From the NCBI RefSeq assembly GCF_009914755.1, contig NC_060929.1: a DNA stretch of 64,000 bases. One strand, written 5' to 3'. The notes under the pieces were generated by a model. That model was not told where the DNA came from, searched no databases, and saw only the letters and a list, made by a program, of their open reading frames with translations. This stretch comes from the human T2T-CHM13v2.0 reference genome, Homo sapiens. Of the stretch, positions 40,221 to 56,004 are shown in pieces. Position 1 is the stretch's first letter. Each line of letters starts with the position of its first letter. Position numbers and translations under genes: made by a program.

Positions 40221-42559
40221 CTAAAACATATCCTTTACATTCATGAATTTATTTTTAGCCAAGTCTGTTCTGTTTCTTTCTGTGACTAAATGGCTTTAAT
40301 TTGTTAATAGGTGAATCTTTCATATAGTTACTGAATCCTCCAATGCCGTTTTATCTCATTTACTCTCTTTAATAATTATATATCTTTTCTTTCAAATCCT
40401 ACTTAGATGTTTTTATAAAATATTTTTCCTCATAATATTTGAAGCTAGATAAATTATCTGCTTGAAATTTTGTTCAGAATTCTGAACATTTCTTTCTCTG
40501 TTTCATATTTTTCATCTACCACGTTTTGAATATTTTTACTCATTAAATTTTCTTTGTAACATCTGTGCATGGATGTTCTTTCCTGCTTAATATTAATATT
40601 TAAGTATCAAAAGGCTTGTCTCTATCTCTCTTTGTTCAACAAAAATATTTGAGTTTGAGAAAGTATCTTGGGGAAAGAAAAGTTACCAGCTGGGTTTAAT
40701 TGAAAACAATGTGTTTGACTAGCTCTCTCTCATCATGTGTGTCTTCTTCCAGTGAAGCCATATGTCTCCCTGAATTTTGAGAATTCCTTTTGGGATGAGC
40801 CTATCTACTAGGTGAGAGCTCATATGCCTTTAAACTAGCCAGAGTGCTCTCTTTACTGATGTATAGTGCATTTATCATGCTTCAACTGACTCTAGAAAGC
40901 ATTTACAAAGTCACTGACACTTGATCTCTTTACTCTCATGATCTCACCTCCAGGCCATTTTTCTTGGTTTGGAAGAAAAAGGACATGTTACCCCTGTTAT
41001 ATATCTCTGATGTAGTAATGGGTCAGAATAGGAACGCTCCTTCTATTTTCCATGACCGTCTAACCTGAAAACCTGAAAGTTTCTCTAGTTATGCTATTCT
41101 TTACCTTTTCACGATCATTTCAGTTAGCTTTATCTTAATTTTATTTAAATTTACATATTTGATATATATTAGTAAAATGTATGCTCTATTTTTTTTATAA
41201 TTCAGTTTAATATGAAGATTTTTAAAAATTTTTTATTATGCATGTTTTTGGAAAATAAAGACTAGAATAAAAATGTCAATATTTTTCTATCTTTACTCAA
41301 ATATTTCATATAATAATTTTAACACCTTATTTTAATGTAACTATAAACTTTGTTTTCAGACCCCATCTGTTACATTTTATGTATATGAGTATGTCCACTA
41401 TGTAAAATATGAGGAGAGTAATATGTGATATTAATGTATAGGTAAAATGTAATGTATGTATTGGTAAAATCTACATATTTCTGATATCTGTGTTTTAATC
41501 TTTTACTCCTTAAAATGCAGTAGATTTGTATGTACATTTTTGAAAATAGTAAAATTCATGGTATTTTTTTCTTTTTTGGACAGGATATATTCCATCTAAC
41601 CTCCTCCCACTTCTACTTTGTTATGGTAAAAAGAAACTGAAAATTAGCACTTGGGAAATTAGACTGCATAGAAAGATTTTCTCTCATCATATCTAGTAAT
41701 ATGAGTAAGCAAGCATCGGAGTAATAGCACTTATTTTAAATAGTACCAGAGGCCAATAACCTAGTTTACTTACATGTTCTTATTTATTTAACTGCACATA
41801 GTTATGGAGATATAATATAGTGACAATTTGATTATAGGCACACAGATTCTCTAATCCTTAATTTTTTTTGAAACATCATGTATCTATTCAGGGAAAGACA
41901 CTTATCAAAAACTTTTATGAATTTGCATCGTAAAAACTGAAAGTTATTGCAACTATGATTGGAAAAGCTCACCTCACTTCCAAATTCTCCCAGGCTCCTT
42001 TCTCTAACGAACCACCCACACAGTCATTACAGGCAGCAGAATCATTGAGTGGTATGGACAAGCATCTTTCCTTCCTGCTTCCAGGCCCACTGTAGACAGT
42101 GTGCAGTTTGAAAGCTGGCAGACAGTATTACGAAGTGTGCAGAAAAATCCCATAACTATGCTGCAACTCCAGGGTAAAAAATTATCCTCCCAACATACCA
42201 CTCCTAAAATACCAAAAGGTAAGACCTATCAATAGCCTTGCTTGTTTCTATAAATTTGTGGTTATTTTTATTATCTACTTTTTAAATGTTTTAAAGAGAA
42301 ATGTAAAAGCAAAAACCAAAATGGAGGGGAAAGTATAATAAACATCCATGTGCTTATTGTTTATGTCTAAGATTTATCAACCTTTTTACCACTTTATTTG
42401 TTCTACTTTCTGTGTTTCGCAATTGAGCCAGCATATTTTAAAACAGGCCCAAAACTTTATGTCATTTTTCTTATAGATTCCATAGTATGAATGGCTAACT
42501 GATAAGAAGTTTGGTTCATAAAACAACCATAGCATTTATCACATATCAATGGCTAAGTC

Positions 42560-43790
42560 ATGTGATTTCTCCCATAGTTCTCCCTCTTATCTGTATTCCT
42601 TACCCTAATTTGGATCACTGCTATTCTACCTAGTTTTCTCTAACAAATGTCTAACTATATTTTTCCTCCAGTATTGTTTTTCTTGTATCTATTTCTTTAA
42701 GGGCAGCTGCTGTGGTCTTTCGAAAAGCAAATCTGATCATATTGTTCCCCAGGTTAATTAAAAGCTGTTTATTACTTTCTGAATAATGCACCAATTATTT
42801 AATATGCTTCATATGGTCTTTCATAACTGGTTTCTTTGCCTGCCTTATCTTGTACCCAATTTAATTTTAATGGCAGAGTAGTCAATATTTTTTCTGGGTA
42901 TCCATATACTGGAATAATTTATATACTGGCTGGAGTAATCGTTTTCTCTTCTTTGTTAGTCTTTTAGGTTTAGCTCATAAATTCTTGCTGCATGAAATAT
43001 TAACTGCTGTCCTAAGTTCTGGTTACCTCTCCTTTCCAAACGCTCTCACAGCCCACTATGATTACCTTGTCAATTACTACAATTGCAATGCAAGTTTCTA
43101 AGCACATGTCTGTATCATTCTTGATTTACTTTTAACCCTATACCTAAATAATTAGTAGACTTGGTTGATCTTACCTTTGAAACAATTCCAATGTGTTCAG
43201 TTCTCTTCCTGTGTACTGCTACTAATCTCCTCAAGTCACCATATCTTATGACTTAATTCCTGGTATCTGTTTCATTTTCCTACTTTAATTCAACAAATAA
43301 TATCTACAATATATATATTTTTAAATACCAAGTGACTCTTGCTCCCAGGCCATTTATACACCCTATGATTACTGATTAGTTTTGGAATAAGTTACATTAT
43401 GCCCACGTGACCTATGTATTCTGGCCCTTGCCTACGCCTCCAACTTTATCATTTTATGTCACTGTGTCCCATTTTCTCGTACTGTTCAAATCACACAAGT
43501 TTTCTTTGCTTCTAAAATATGTTGAGATTATTTTTGGTCAACTTAAGGGAATTTTTAACCCTGCTTCCTCTCTCTAGATTGTTCTTCCAACTACTTTTGC
43601 CAATGTCTCCTTCCTACCTTTCATGTTAAATGTTATGATCACAGAAGTCATCTTTGAATTCTTTCTTTTATCTCAATACCATTCTATATTTGTGGGCTGT
43701 TTAATTTGTGGACTTAAATATAACCATTTTTTGTTTGTTTGTTTATGAATATTATGTGGATCTGTAAAAAAAAAGCATTCTCTCTTTAAT
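42560..43790 (+). mobile_element. L2 fragments
   Basis: Motifs aaaagcaaatctgatcatattgttccc and ctggcccttgcctacgcctccaac. Confidence 0.55.
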
Positions 43791-43798
43791 TGCAAGTC

Positions 43799-44275
43799 TA
43801 TATTAGTAGGGTTCTCCTAAGAAAATTAATCAAAAGGATGTGTTTATATGTAGAAAGATATTTATTATAAAGCAGAGGCTTGCACAATTATGAAGGCTGA
43901 CAAGTCCAAAATATGCTGGGTAGGCTGGCATGTTGGAGACCCAGGGGAGCTGATGCGGCATCTTTAGTTCAATCCAAAGGCTGTCAGTCTAAAGCCTCAG
44001 AGGGACCAATATTCCAGGCCAAGTCTGAGAGCTCTCGGCTAAAAAATGTTATTTTATTTGAGGGAGAGTGACCTGTTTTGTTCTGTTCCTGCCTTCAACT
44101 GAATGGATGAGGTTCACCTACATTTTGGAGGGTAATTCACTTTACTCAAAAGTCCATTGATTTGAATGTTAATCTTAATCATGAAACATTCTTACAGAAA
44201 CACGCACAGTAATGTCTGACCAACTATCTGAACAAGTTGGCCTAGTCAAGTTGACACATAAAATTAACCATAGCA
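43799..44275 (-). mobile_element. MLT2 (ERVL) LTR, MLT2C/D-like
   Basis: tattagtagggttctcc...ggcctagtcaagttgacacataaaattaacca. Confidence 0.88.
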
Positions 44276-44950
44276 AAGGACAAGTTCCATAGTTATGTAC
44301 AGGTCTCCTTTATCTATTATTATGTGGTTTAGATCTTCTCTATCCATATAGCTTTTGGTTCAGTTTTTGTGTCTTAGAGATGTATTGGTCCTATGCTTTT
44401 TTTTTTCCCTTGCATCTCCTATAGTTTCAGATTTCTGAAAATTAGGACTGTGCTGATTTTTAGATGAGTAATTATTAATATTCACTGTATAAGACTTCTG
44501 TGTTTTTTTGCAACCTGTACCATAAAAAAAACTTTTTAAAAATCTCATTTAATGATTGACTGTATCAACTCTGCCTTGTGTAATATCAAGAGTATCATTC
44601 TGACTTTTGTTTATTTGCATCTTGCATGTATTTTACCATTATTTTATGTTTAACCTTTCAAAAATTGTTTAGTGTGTCCTTCCATACTGAATGGCATTAG
44701 ATTTTAAAGTAAATGTGAAAATATTTATTTAATTGATCAACTGAGAGTACTTATTTTATTAACATAATTAATATTTTTACATTTCAATTATGTTATAAAA
44801 TTTACATTTTATTACCATCAAGTCAATATAGTCTTTTACTATGTCCTCGTTTGTGCTGTCCTTTTTAAAGTATTTTTTTATTATTAGTGAAGGTTTGTAT
44901 TTTTATACTAATTGTGCTTATACTAACAACTTTATAAAATATCCTTTGCA

Positions 44951-45275
<325 letters not shown>

Positions 45276-48200
45276 TTAAATAGGGTTTATAATTTTTCTG
45301 AAAGTCTTATGTTAACCTTTATATCAGTCACTTTGGCTGTCAGTTTATTCTCAGGATGGCTCAAATAAATTATTCTATGAGTGAACCCTTCATGTTGATA
45401 CTAATATATCTGTGGGCTTCAAATATAAAAGTAACTGTGTATGTATATATCTTTGGCTCATAGTCTCTCTTTAAGTTACTTCATTGTCTTCTGACATGTA
45501 GTACTAATGTTGAAATGTAGGATGACCTAAGTTGTTCTTTGTTTCATTTTATTTTTTGATTGATTTGATCTTTTTGCCTTCCTGCAAAAAAAATATTTGG
45601 TGTGCCCTGTCGACACTTAGCTTCACTTAACAACAATAAAAAAGTAGTAAATGTTAGCTTTCAGTATTTTTTCTAACTACAATATTTGTATACTACTTCA
45701 GTATTTGCTTTGGTTTTCCTGAGACTCATATTCATTAGTTGCATTTTAAACATCTGTATTGATATATAATATGTGTACAATTTTATAGGGTACATGTGGT
45801 ATTTTGTTATATGCATAGAAAGTGTAATCATCAAGTCAAGCTATCTAGAGTATCCATCACCATGAGTTTTTATCACTTCTATGTGTTGGGAACATGTCAA
45901 GTTCTCTTTGCTAACTATTTTGAAATACACATTCCATTAATTTTAACTATAGTCAACCTACCGTCTTACCAAACATTGGTACTTATTCCTTTTATTTAAC
46001 TGTAGTTTGTACCCATTAACCAACGTTTCTTCACACCCCACCCCAAAGACACCCTTCCCAACCTCTGATAACTATCATTCTACTATTTACCTCCATGAGA
46101 TCAACTTTTTAGCTTCCAAATATGAGTGAGAACATGTGATATTCGTCTTTCTGCACCTGGTTTATTTCTCTTAAAATAATGACCTCCGGTTCCATCCATG
46201 TTTCTTCAAGTGACAAAATTTTATTTCTTTTTATGCCTGAGCAGTATTCCATTGTGTACATATATGACGTTTTCTTTATCCATTCATCCATTGATGAACA
46301 CTTAGTTGGATATCATATGCTAGCTGATGTGAAGAGTCCTGCAATAAACATGGCAGTACATGTCCCCCTTTGATATACTGATACATTTTCCTCTGGATAT
46401 ATGTCCAGCAGTGGGATTGCTGAATTGTAGGGTGGTTCTATTTCTAAATTTTGGAAAATTTCTATGTTTTCCATAATGGCTGTACTAATTTACATTCACA
46501 CTAACAGCACATAATTTCCTTTTTCTCCTCATTTTTGCCAGGACCTGTTATTTATTTTGGTCAATTTAATAATGGCCATTCTAACTGATGTAAGGTATTA
46601 TTTCACTGTGATATTTATTTGCATTTCTCTGATGATTAGTAATATTGAGCATTTTTTCATATACTTGTTGGCCATTTATTTATCTTCTTTTGGGAGATGT
46701 CTGTTCACGTCCTTTCCCCACTTTTTAATGGAATTTTTCTTCTTTTTTTTTTTTGATGTTGAGTTGTTGGACTTCCTTGTATATTTTGGATATTAGTCCC
46801 TTTTCAGATGAATAGCTTACAATTTTTTTTCTTGTACAACAGATTATCTTCACTCAGTTAATTGTTTCTTTATCTATACAGAACGTTTTTAGTTTAATAT
46901 AGTCCCATTTGCCTATTTTTGTTTTTATTGCCTGTACTTTTGAGGTATTGGCTATAAAATATTTGCCCAGATCAATGTCCTATAATAATTCTTATATATT
47001 TTTAAAATAGTTTTATAGTTCTGGGTCTTAAAGGCTTTAATCCATTTTCAGTTGATTTTTGCATATGGTGACAGATGGGATCTAGGTTCATTCTCCTGCA
47101 TATGGATATCCATTTTTCCGAGCACCAGTTATTAAAGATGATGGTCATTCCTTAATATATATTCCTGGTGCCTTGGTTAAAATTCAGTTGGCAGTAAATA
47201 TGTGGATTTCTTGTTTCTTTATTCTTTTCCATTGGTAGAGTGTCTGTTTTTATGCCAATACCATGTTCTTTTGTTTACCATAGCCTTGTAATATAGTTTG
47301 AAGTCAGGTATTGTGAGCCTCCACATTTGTTCTTTTTGGTTAGAATTGTGTTGGCAATTCAGGCTTTTTGTGGTTCCATGTGAGTTTTAGATTTTTTTTT
47401 CTATTTATGTAAAAAATGACATTGGCATACTGATAGGAATTGCATTGAATCTGGAATTTGCTGTGAGTAGTATGGTCATTTATTTTTCTGATCCATGAGC
47501 ATGGGATGTCTTTTCATTTGCTTTGTCTTTTTCGTTTTATTTCATCAATGTTTTGTAGTTGTTTTTGAATAGGTCTTTCACATCCTTGGTATAAATTATT
47601 CCTAGGTGTTTTATTTATTCTATGTAGCTATTATAAAGGGATTGTCTATTCTTATTTCTCAGCTAGTTCGTTATCAGTGTATAGGAATGCTACTGATTTT
47701 TGTATATTGGTTTGTAAACTGAAATTTTAATGTACTTATTTATAAGATCTAAGAGGTTTTCAGTAGAATATTATTTAGGTTTTAGGTTTTTCTAGACATT
47801 ATATTAGATTGTCAGCAAAGAAGGACAACTTCTTTTTCTCTAATATGGATATCTTTTATGACTTTCATTTGCCTGATTGCTCTGATTAGGACTTTCACTA
47901 CTATGTTGAATAGTGAAAGTGGGCATCCTTGTCATATTTTTGTTCTTCGAGAAAAGGTTTTCAGCTTTTCCCCATTCAGCTTAATGTTAGCTTTGGCTTT
48001 GTCATATAGGACCTTTATTTTGTTGAGTAATATTTCTTCAGTACATAGTTTGTTGGGAGTTTTTATCATGAAATGATGTTGAACTTTATCGAATGTTTTT
48101 TCTGCATCTATTGAGATGATCTTATGGGTTTTGGCCTTGGTTTTGTTGATGTGGTATATCAAATTTATTGATTTGTGTATGTTGAAACTTCTTCCTTGTC

Positions 48201-50638
48201 TCTCTAGGATGAATACTACTTGTTCGTGGTATAATAACTTTTTGGTGTACTGTTGGATTTGGTTTACTAGTATTTTGTTGATGATATTAATATCTGTATT
48301 TATCAATGTATTATTTGTCTGTAGTATATTTTTTGTTGTGCCTTTGCTTTTGGTATCTGGGTAATGCTGGTCTCATATAGTGAGTTAGAGAAAATTTCCT
48401 CTAGGTCAAGTTTTTGAAATAGATTAAGGAAAGTTCGTTTTAGTTCTGTGAAAGTTAGGTAGACTTTGGTAGTGAAAGCATCTTGTCCTGGCTTCTTTTT
48501 GGAAAGGGAAAAATTTTATTACTGATTAAATCTTATTACTTATTGTTGGTTTGTTCAGCTTTTTTTTCTTGACTCGATCTTGTTTAGCTGTATGGGTTCA
48601 GAAATGTATCCATTTCCTCTATGTTTTACAGTTTGTTATTGTTTAATTGCTAATAACAGTTTCTGATTGTCATTTTTATTACTATCATTTATAATCTCTC
48701 CTTTTTCTTTTCTAATTTTGTTTATTTAGGTCTTCTTTTTGGTTAGTGTAATTGGTGTTAACTTTGTTTATGTTTTTGAAAAAACTTTTCATTTCATTGA
48801 TTCACTTTTATTTTATTTTATTTTATTTTTTAGCCTTTTGTTCATTTAATTCTGGTCTGATCTTTTTTTTTTTCTTCTTCTTCTACTAATTTTTGGATTG
48901 GTCTGATCCTTAGGTACATTGTTAGATTGTTTATTTGAAATATTTCTACTTTTGTAATATGGGCATTTATTGCTATAAATTACCCTCTTGAGACTGCTTT
49001 TGCTCTATCCCAAAGGTTTTGTTATGTTAAGATTTTTTTTTCAAGAATTGAAAAAATCCGCCTTAATTACTTTCTTGGCCCCATGTTTATTCAAGAGCCT
49101 GTTGTTTAATCTCTATGTATTTTTAGACTTTTCAAAGCTCTACTTGTTATTGATTTCTAGTTTTATTCTAGTGTGGTCTGAGAAGACACTTGATATGATT
49201 TCAATTTTTTAAGATGTGTTTTATGTCCCTAAAATATCTATCTTGGAGAATGTTTCATGTGCTGGTGAGAAGAATATTTATTTTGGAGCTATTGAATGAA
49301 ATATTCTGTAAAAGTCTGTTAGATCCATTGGCTCAAAAGTACAGTTTATATTCAACATTTTTAAAAAAAATTTTCTGTCTAGATGACCTATCTAATCCTG
49401 ACAGTGGAGTTCTGAAGTCCCTATTATTGTACTGGAATCACTCTCTCTCTTTAAATCTGATAATCTTTACTTCATATATCTGGATACTCTGGTTTTGGAT
49501 GCACATATGTATAGAATAATTGTTTCTTCTTGCGGATTTGATCCCATTATCATTATGTCATGACCTTTTTCTCCCTTTTCACTATTTTTATTAAGGTCTG
49601 TTTTATTTAATATAATTACAGCTATACCTGGTTTCTTTTTGCATGGAATATAGTCACTTTCTTTACTTTCAGTCTATAGGTGTCTCTGCAGGTGAGATAA
49701 CTTTCTTGTACACAGGATATAGTTGGGTTATTTATTTATTTATTGCAGAAGAGAGAAATTTTAAATACTCTGCTTCACACTAATAAAAATACACTAAGCT
49801 CAATTTCCATGTTCTCTGAAATAATATAAGTGATTTTGCAGTAATATATCTACTTACATTTATTCTGCTCATTGAAATATTTTCTTTAAGGAAATATATT
49901 TGGAATTTAACAACTTTCTCCACTCAATATCTTCAGCATATATTCATATAGGTACATAAGCAAACAATTTTTATTTAATATTTAAAATATCAAGTAAAAC
50001 CATCTGAAAGTTATCAAGAATGTAAAGTACTATACAGTAGTTTTTTTTTTTCTTAAGAAAACTTAAGGTAAACTTGTCTTTACTTTGATGGGTGGGATAA
50101 AAGGAGTAAGTTAAAATTGCTTCTTTCATCCCTGCCTCTTTCTTTTTTTTAACTTAATTTAATTTAATTTAAGGTTTTGGGATACATATGCAGCATGTGC
50201 AGGTTTGTTACAGAGGTAAACGTGTGCCATGTTGCTTTGCTGCACCTATCAACCCATCACCCAGGTAATAAGTCCCACATGCATTAACTATTTATCCTGA
50301 TACTCTCTCCCCCTACCCTCCTGATAGGACACAGTGGATGTTGTTCCCCTCCCTGTGTCCATGTGTTCTCATTGTTCAGCTCCCACTTATAAGTGAGAAC
50401 ATGTGCTGTTTGGTTTTCTGTCCCTGTGTTAGTTTGCTGAGGATAATGGCTTCCAGCTCTTACATCCATGTCCCTACAAAGGACATGATCTTGTTTCTTT
50501 TTATAGCTGCATAGTATTCCATGTGGTATATGTGTCACATCTTTTTTATCCAGTCTATCATTGATGGACATTTGGGTTGATTTCATGTATTTGTTATTGT
50601 AAATAGTGCTGCAATAAACATACATATGCATGTATCTA

Positions 50639-50939
50639 TTTTTTTTTCTTTTTCAGTTGGAGTCTTCTTGTTCTGTCACCCAGGCTGGAGTTCAGTGACA
50701 TGATCTTGGCTCACTGCAATCTCCGTCTCCCAGGTTCAAGTGATTCTCCTGTCTAAGCCTCCTGAGTAGCTGAGATTACACGAGCCTACTGCCATAACAG
50801 GCTATGTTTGTATTTTTAGCAGAGATGGGGTTTTTCCCCATGTTGGCCAAGCTGGTCTCAAACTCCTGACCTCAATTGATCCACTTGCCTCAGCCTCCCA
50901 AAGTGCTGATATTGCAAGCATGAGCCAAGATGCTCAGCC
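50639..50939 (-). mobile_element. AluS inserted in the L1PA
   Basis: Antisense dimer; TSD tgtatct. Confidence 0.92.
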
Positions 50940-53900
50940 TGTATCTTTGTAATGGGATGATTTATATTTTGGGGGTACATGCCCAGCAATAGGATCGTTG
51001 GGTCAAACTGTATTTCTGGTTCTAGATCCTTGAGGAATCATCATACTGTCTTCCACAATGGTTGAACAAATTTACAGTCCTGCCAACAATGTAAAAGCAT
51101 TCCTATTTCTCCACAACCCCACCAGCATATGTTGTTTCTTGACTTTTTGATTTTGGTTTACATGCCTCTCATGATCAGTGATGTCAAGATTTTTTTTCGT
51201 GTATCTTGGCTGCATAAATGTCCTCTTTTGAGAATTGTCTATTCATGTCTTTTGCCTGTTTTTTGATGGGATTGTTTGTTTTTTCTTATAAATTTGTTTA
51301 AGCTCCTTGTAGATTCTGGATATCAGACCTTTGTCAGATGGATAGATTGCAAAAATTTTCTTCCATTCCATAGGTTGTTTGCTCTGATGATAGTTTCTTT
51401 TGCTGTGCAGAAGCTCTTTAATTAGATCCCATTTGTAAATTTTTGCTTTTATTGCAATTGCTTTTGATGTTTTTGTCATGAAATATTTGTCTGTGCCTAT
51501 TCCCTGAATAGTGTTGCCTAAATTTTCTTCTAGAATTTTCATAGTTTTAGTTTTACATTTTAGTCTTTAATCCATCGTGACTTAATTTTTATATAAGATA
51601 TATGGGTCCAGTTTCACTTTTCTGCATATGACTATCCGAATTTCTCAGAACCATTCATAAAATAGGGAATCCTTTCCCTGTTACTTGTCTTTGTCAGGTT
51701 TGTTGAAGATCAGATGGTTGAAGATATATGGTCTTATTTGTGAGATTTCTATTCTGTTCCATTGGTCTGTGTGTCTGTTTTTGTACCAGTACTATGTTGT
51801 TTCTGTTACTGTTGCCTTGTAATATAGTTTGAAGTCAGGTAGTATGATGCCTCCAGCTTTGCTTTTCTGCTTAGGATTGTCTTGGCTATACTGGCTCTTT
51901 TTTGGTTTCATATGAATGTTAAAGTAGTTTTTCTTTTCTAATTCTGTGAAGAATGCCAATGGTAGTTTCATGAGAATAGCATTGAATCTATAAATTACTG
52001 CAGGCAGTAGGACCATTTTCATGATATTGATTCTTCCTATCCACAAGCATGGAATAGTTTATTATTATTATTATTATTATTTGTTTGTCTGTGTCCTTAT
52101 TTCCTTGAGCAGTGATTTGTAGTTCTCTTTGAAGAGGTCCTGCACATCCCTTGTTAGCTGTTTTCTTAGGTATTTTATTCTCTCTGTAGCAATTGTGAAT
52201 GGGAGTTCATTCAAATTTGTCTCTCTGCTTGTCTATTGTTGGTTTATAGAAATGCATATAATGTTTGCAGGTTGATTTTGTATCCTAATACTTTGTTGAA
52301 GTAACTTACCTGCTTAAGGAGCTTCGGGGCTGAGACTGTGGGGTTTTCTGGATATAGGATCATGTTGTCTGCAAACAGAAACAGTTTGACTTCCTCTCTT
52401 TCCATTTAAATATGCTTTATTTCTTTTTCTTGCCTGATCGCCCTCAACAGAGCTTCCAATACTATGTTGAATAGACTTGCCTTGTGCCAATTTTCGAGGG
52501 GAATGTTCCCAGCTTTTGCCCATTCACTATGATATTGGCTGTGGGTTTGTCATGACTGGCTCTTACTATTTTTAGATATATTCCATCAATATCTAGTTTA
52601 TTGAGAGTTTTTAACATGAAGGGATATTGAATTTTGTTGAAGACCATTTCTGCATCTATTGAGATAAACATATGATTTTTGCCTTTAGTTATGTTTATGT
52701 GCTGAATTACATTTAGTGATTGTGTATGTTGAACCAGCCTTGCATCCCAGGAATGAAGCCAACTTGATGGTGGTGGATAAGCTTTCTGATGTGCTGCTGG
52801 ATATTGTTGGCCAATATTGTATTGAGGATTTTTGCATTGATGTTCATTAGGAATATTGGTCTCAATAACCTGTCTTATATTGACAGTGGGGTGTTAAAGT
52901 CTCCCACTATTATTTTGTGAGGGTGTAAGTTTCTTTATAGGTCTCTAAGAACTTGTTTTATGAATCTGAGTGCTCCTGTATTGGTTGCATATATATTTAG
53001 GATTGTTAGCACTTCTTGTTGAATTTATCCCTTTACCATTTTATAATGCCCTTCTTTGTCTTTTCTAATCTTTGTTGGTTTACAGTCTGTTTTGTCAAAA
53101 ACTAGGATTGCAATCCCTGCTTTTGTCTGCCTTCTATTTATTTTCCTCAATCCCTTTATCTTGAGCCTATGTGTCTTTGCATGTGATGTGGGTCTCCTGA
53201 GTACAGCACACCAGTGGGTCTTGACTCCATCAAATTTGCCAGTCTGTGTATTTTAATTGGGACATTTAGCTCATTTACATTTAATGTTGATATTATTATG
53301 TGTAAATTTGATCCTGTCTTCATCTTCATGATGCTAGCTGGTTATTTTGCAGACTAGTTGATGCAGTTTCTCCATAATGTCATTGGTCTTTGTACTTCAG
53401 TGTGTTTTTGCAGTGGCTGGTACCTCTTTTTTCATATTTAGTACTTCCTTCAGGAGCTCTTGCAAGGCAGGCCTGGTGGGTGATGAGTTCCCTTAACATT
53501 TGGTGGTTGAAAAGGGTTTATTTCTCCTTTGCTTATAAAGCTTAGTTTGGCTGTATATAAAATTCTGGGTTGGAAATTCTTTTCTTTAAGAATGTTGAAT
53601 ATTGACCCTCACTTTCTTTTGGCTTGTAGGGTTTCTGCTGATAATTTACTGTCAGTCTGGTGGGCTTCCCGTTGTAGGTGACCTGGCCTTTCTTTCTGGT
53701 TGCCCCTAACATTTTTTCCCTCATTTCAATTTTGGAGAATCTGATGATTATGTGTCTTGGGGTTGAGCTTCTCATAGAGTATCTTATTTGGGTTATCTGG
53801 ATTTCCTGAAATTGAATGTTGGCCTGTCTTGCTAGGTTGGGGAAGTTCTCCTGGAAGATATCCTGAAGTGTGTTTTCCAATTTGGTTCCATTCTCCCTGT

Positions 53901-54397
53901 CTCTTTCAGGTATTCCGGTTAGTCATAGGTTCAGTCTTTTTACATAGTCCCATAGTTCTTGGAGGTTTTGTTTGTCCCTTTTGATTCTTTATTCTCTAAT
54001 CTTGTCTATTGGCCTTACTTCAGCAAGATAGTCTTCAAACTCTTATATTCTTTCTTCCACTTGATTGATTTGGCTATTGATGTTTGTGTTTGCACCACGA
54101 AGTTCTTGTGCTGTGTTTTTCAGCTCCACCAGGTCATTTATGTTCCTCTCTAAACAGATTATTCTAGTTAACAGCTCCTGTAACCTTTTATCATTGTCCT
54201 GTGCTTCTTTGCATTGGGTTAGAACATGCCTCTTTAGCTCAGCAAAGTTTGTTATTAACCACCTGCTGAGGCCTACTTCTGTCAATACATCCATCTCAGC
54301 CTCCACCCAGTTCTGTGCCCTTGCTGGAGAGGTGTTGTGATCATTTGGAGAAGAAAAGAGATTCTGGACTACTGAGATTTCAGTGTTTTTTCATTGA

Positions 54398-54625
<228 letters not shown>

Positions 54626-56004
54626 TGAGGGTGCTGACCTTTAGATTGGTTTTTTTTGTGGGGACTCTTGTTGATGCTGTTTTAGTTACTTTCTGTTTTT
54701 TTTTTTTTTTCTTTTAACCATCAGGTGCCTCTTCTGTAGGGTTGCTGCAGTATGCTGGGGGTTCACTTCAGGCCCTATTTACCTGGGTCCCTTATGCACC
54801 TGGAGATGTCACCTGAGGAGGCTGGAGGACAGCAAAGATGTGTGCCTGCTCCTTCCTCTGCTATCTCTGTCCTTGAGAAGTACCAACCTGATGCCAGCAG
54901 AAACACTCCTGTATAAGGTGTCTGTTGACTCTTGTTGGGGAGGTCTCACCAAGTAGGGGGCACAAGACTTGGGACCCAGTTAACGAAGCACTCTGGTTGC
55001 CCCTTGGTGAAGGGGATGTACTGCGCTGGCACAAAACCCACTTGTTTAGGCTGCCTGGATTTCTCAGACCCAGCATGGGGAAAGAGCAAGTCTGCTGGTC
55101 CCCAAAGACCATGGCCACCCATACCCCTAGGAGCTCAGTCCCAAGGATATCAGAATTCTGTCTCTCAACCCATGGCTGGAGTTGCTGCAGGGATGCTCTG
55201 CCAAGAGAGGAGGGATGGGTCAGGGTCCAGCCTAAAGAGGCAGTCTGGCAACGATCTGCCGCAGCCAGTGGACTGTGCTGTGGGGAATATCTCTTGGGTC
55301 CAAACTGTTCAGTCTCCCCAGAAACAGCAGGGGAAAAAACGTGGACTGAAGCTGCAGTAATGGCTGCTGCCCTTCCCCTCTGGGAGCTCAGTCATCTTAG
55401 GCAGGAGGCAGCTTAAGTGATTATGGCTTCCCCTCCCCTGGGCAGCTCAGTCATCTTAGGCAGCAGGCAACCACAGTGATGATGACCACCCCTCCCCCTT
55501 GGAACTCGGTAGTCTTTGGCAGTCCTCAGCATAGTGGCTGTTGAGAATCTGTGCAGATCTCTGGTTGAGACTCAAGGCCCTGGTGGCGTGGGCTCATGAG
55601 TGGGATCTTCTGATCCATGGGTTGCACAGATCCATGGAAAAAGCACGGTTTCCCAGGCTGGGTAGCACAATCACTCACCACCTCCTCTGGCTGGGATGGA
55701 GGCTCCCAATGCCCCATGTGGCTCTCAGGTGGGCTAATGCCCCATGTTGCTTTTCCTTGCTCTTCGTTGGTGACACCAACTGCCTAGTCAGTCCTGATGA
55801 TTGAAAGAAACTTGATACCTCAGTTGCCAGTGCAGGATTCACATGCTGTTTTAGTTCTTCTTGGTGGGACACTCTGCCTGCAGCCGTTTCTAGTCGGCCA
55901 TCTTGGCCCCACCTAATTGGGTCATTTTTAGAATACATTTAACCAGTCTATATATTTGTAGTGAAAAATTTAATCTGTTCACATTCAACATTATTATTGA
56001 TACG

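Noticed and set aside
55365-55525. Three ~60-bp tandem units
   Set aside because: They lie inside the L1PA 5'UTR and are most likely a subfamily feature, not locus-specific.
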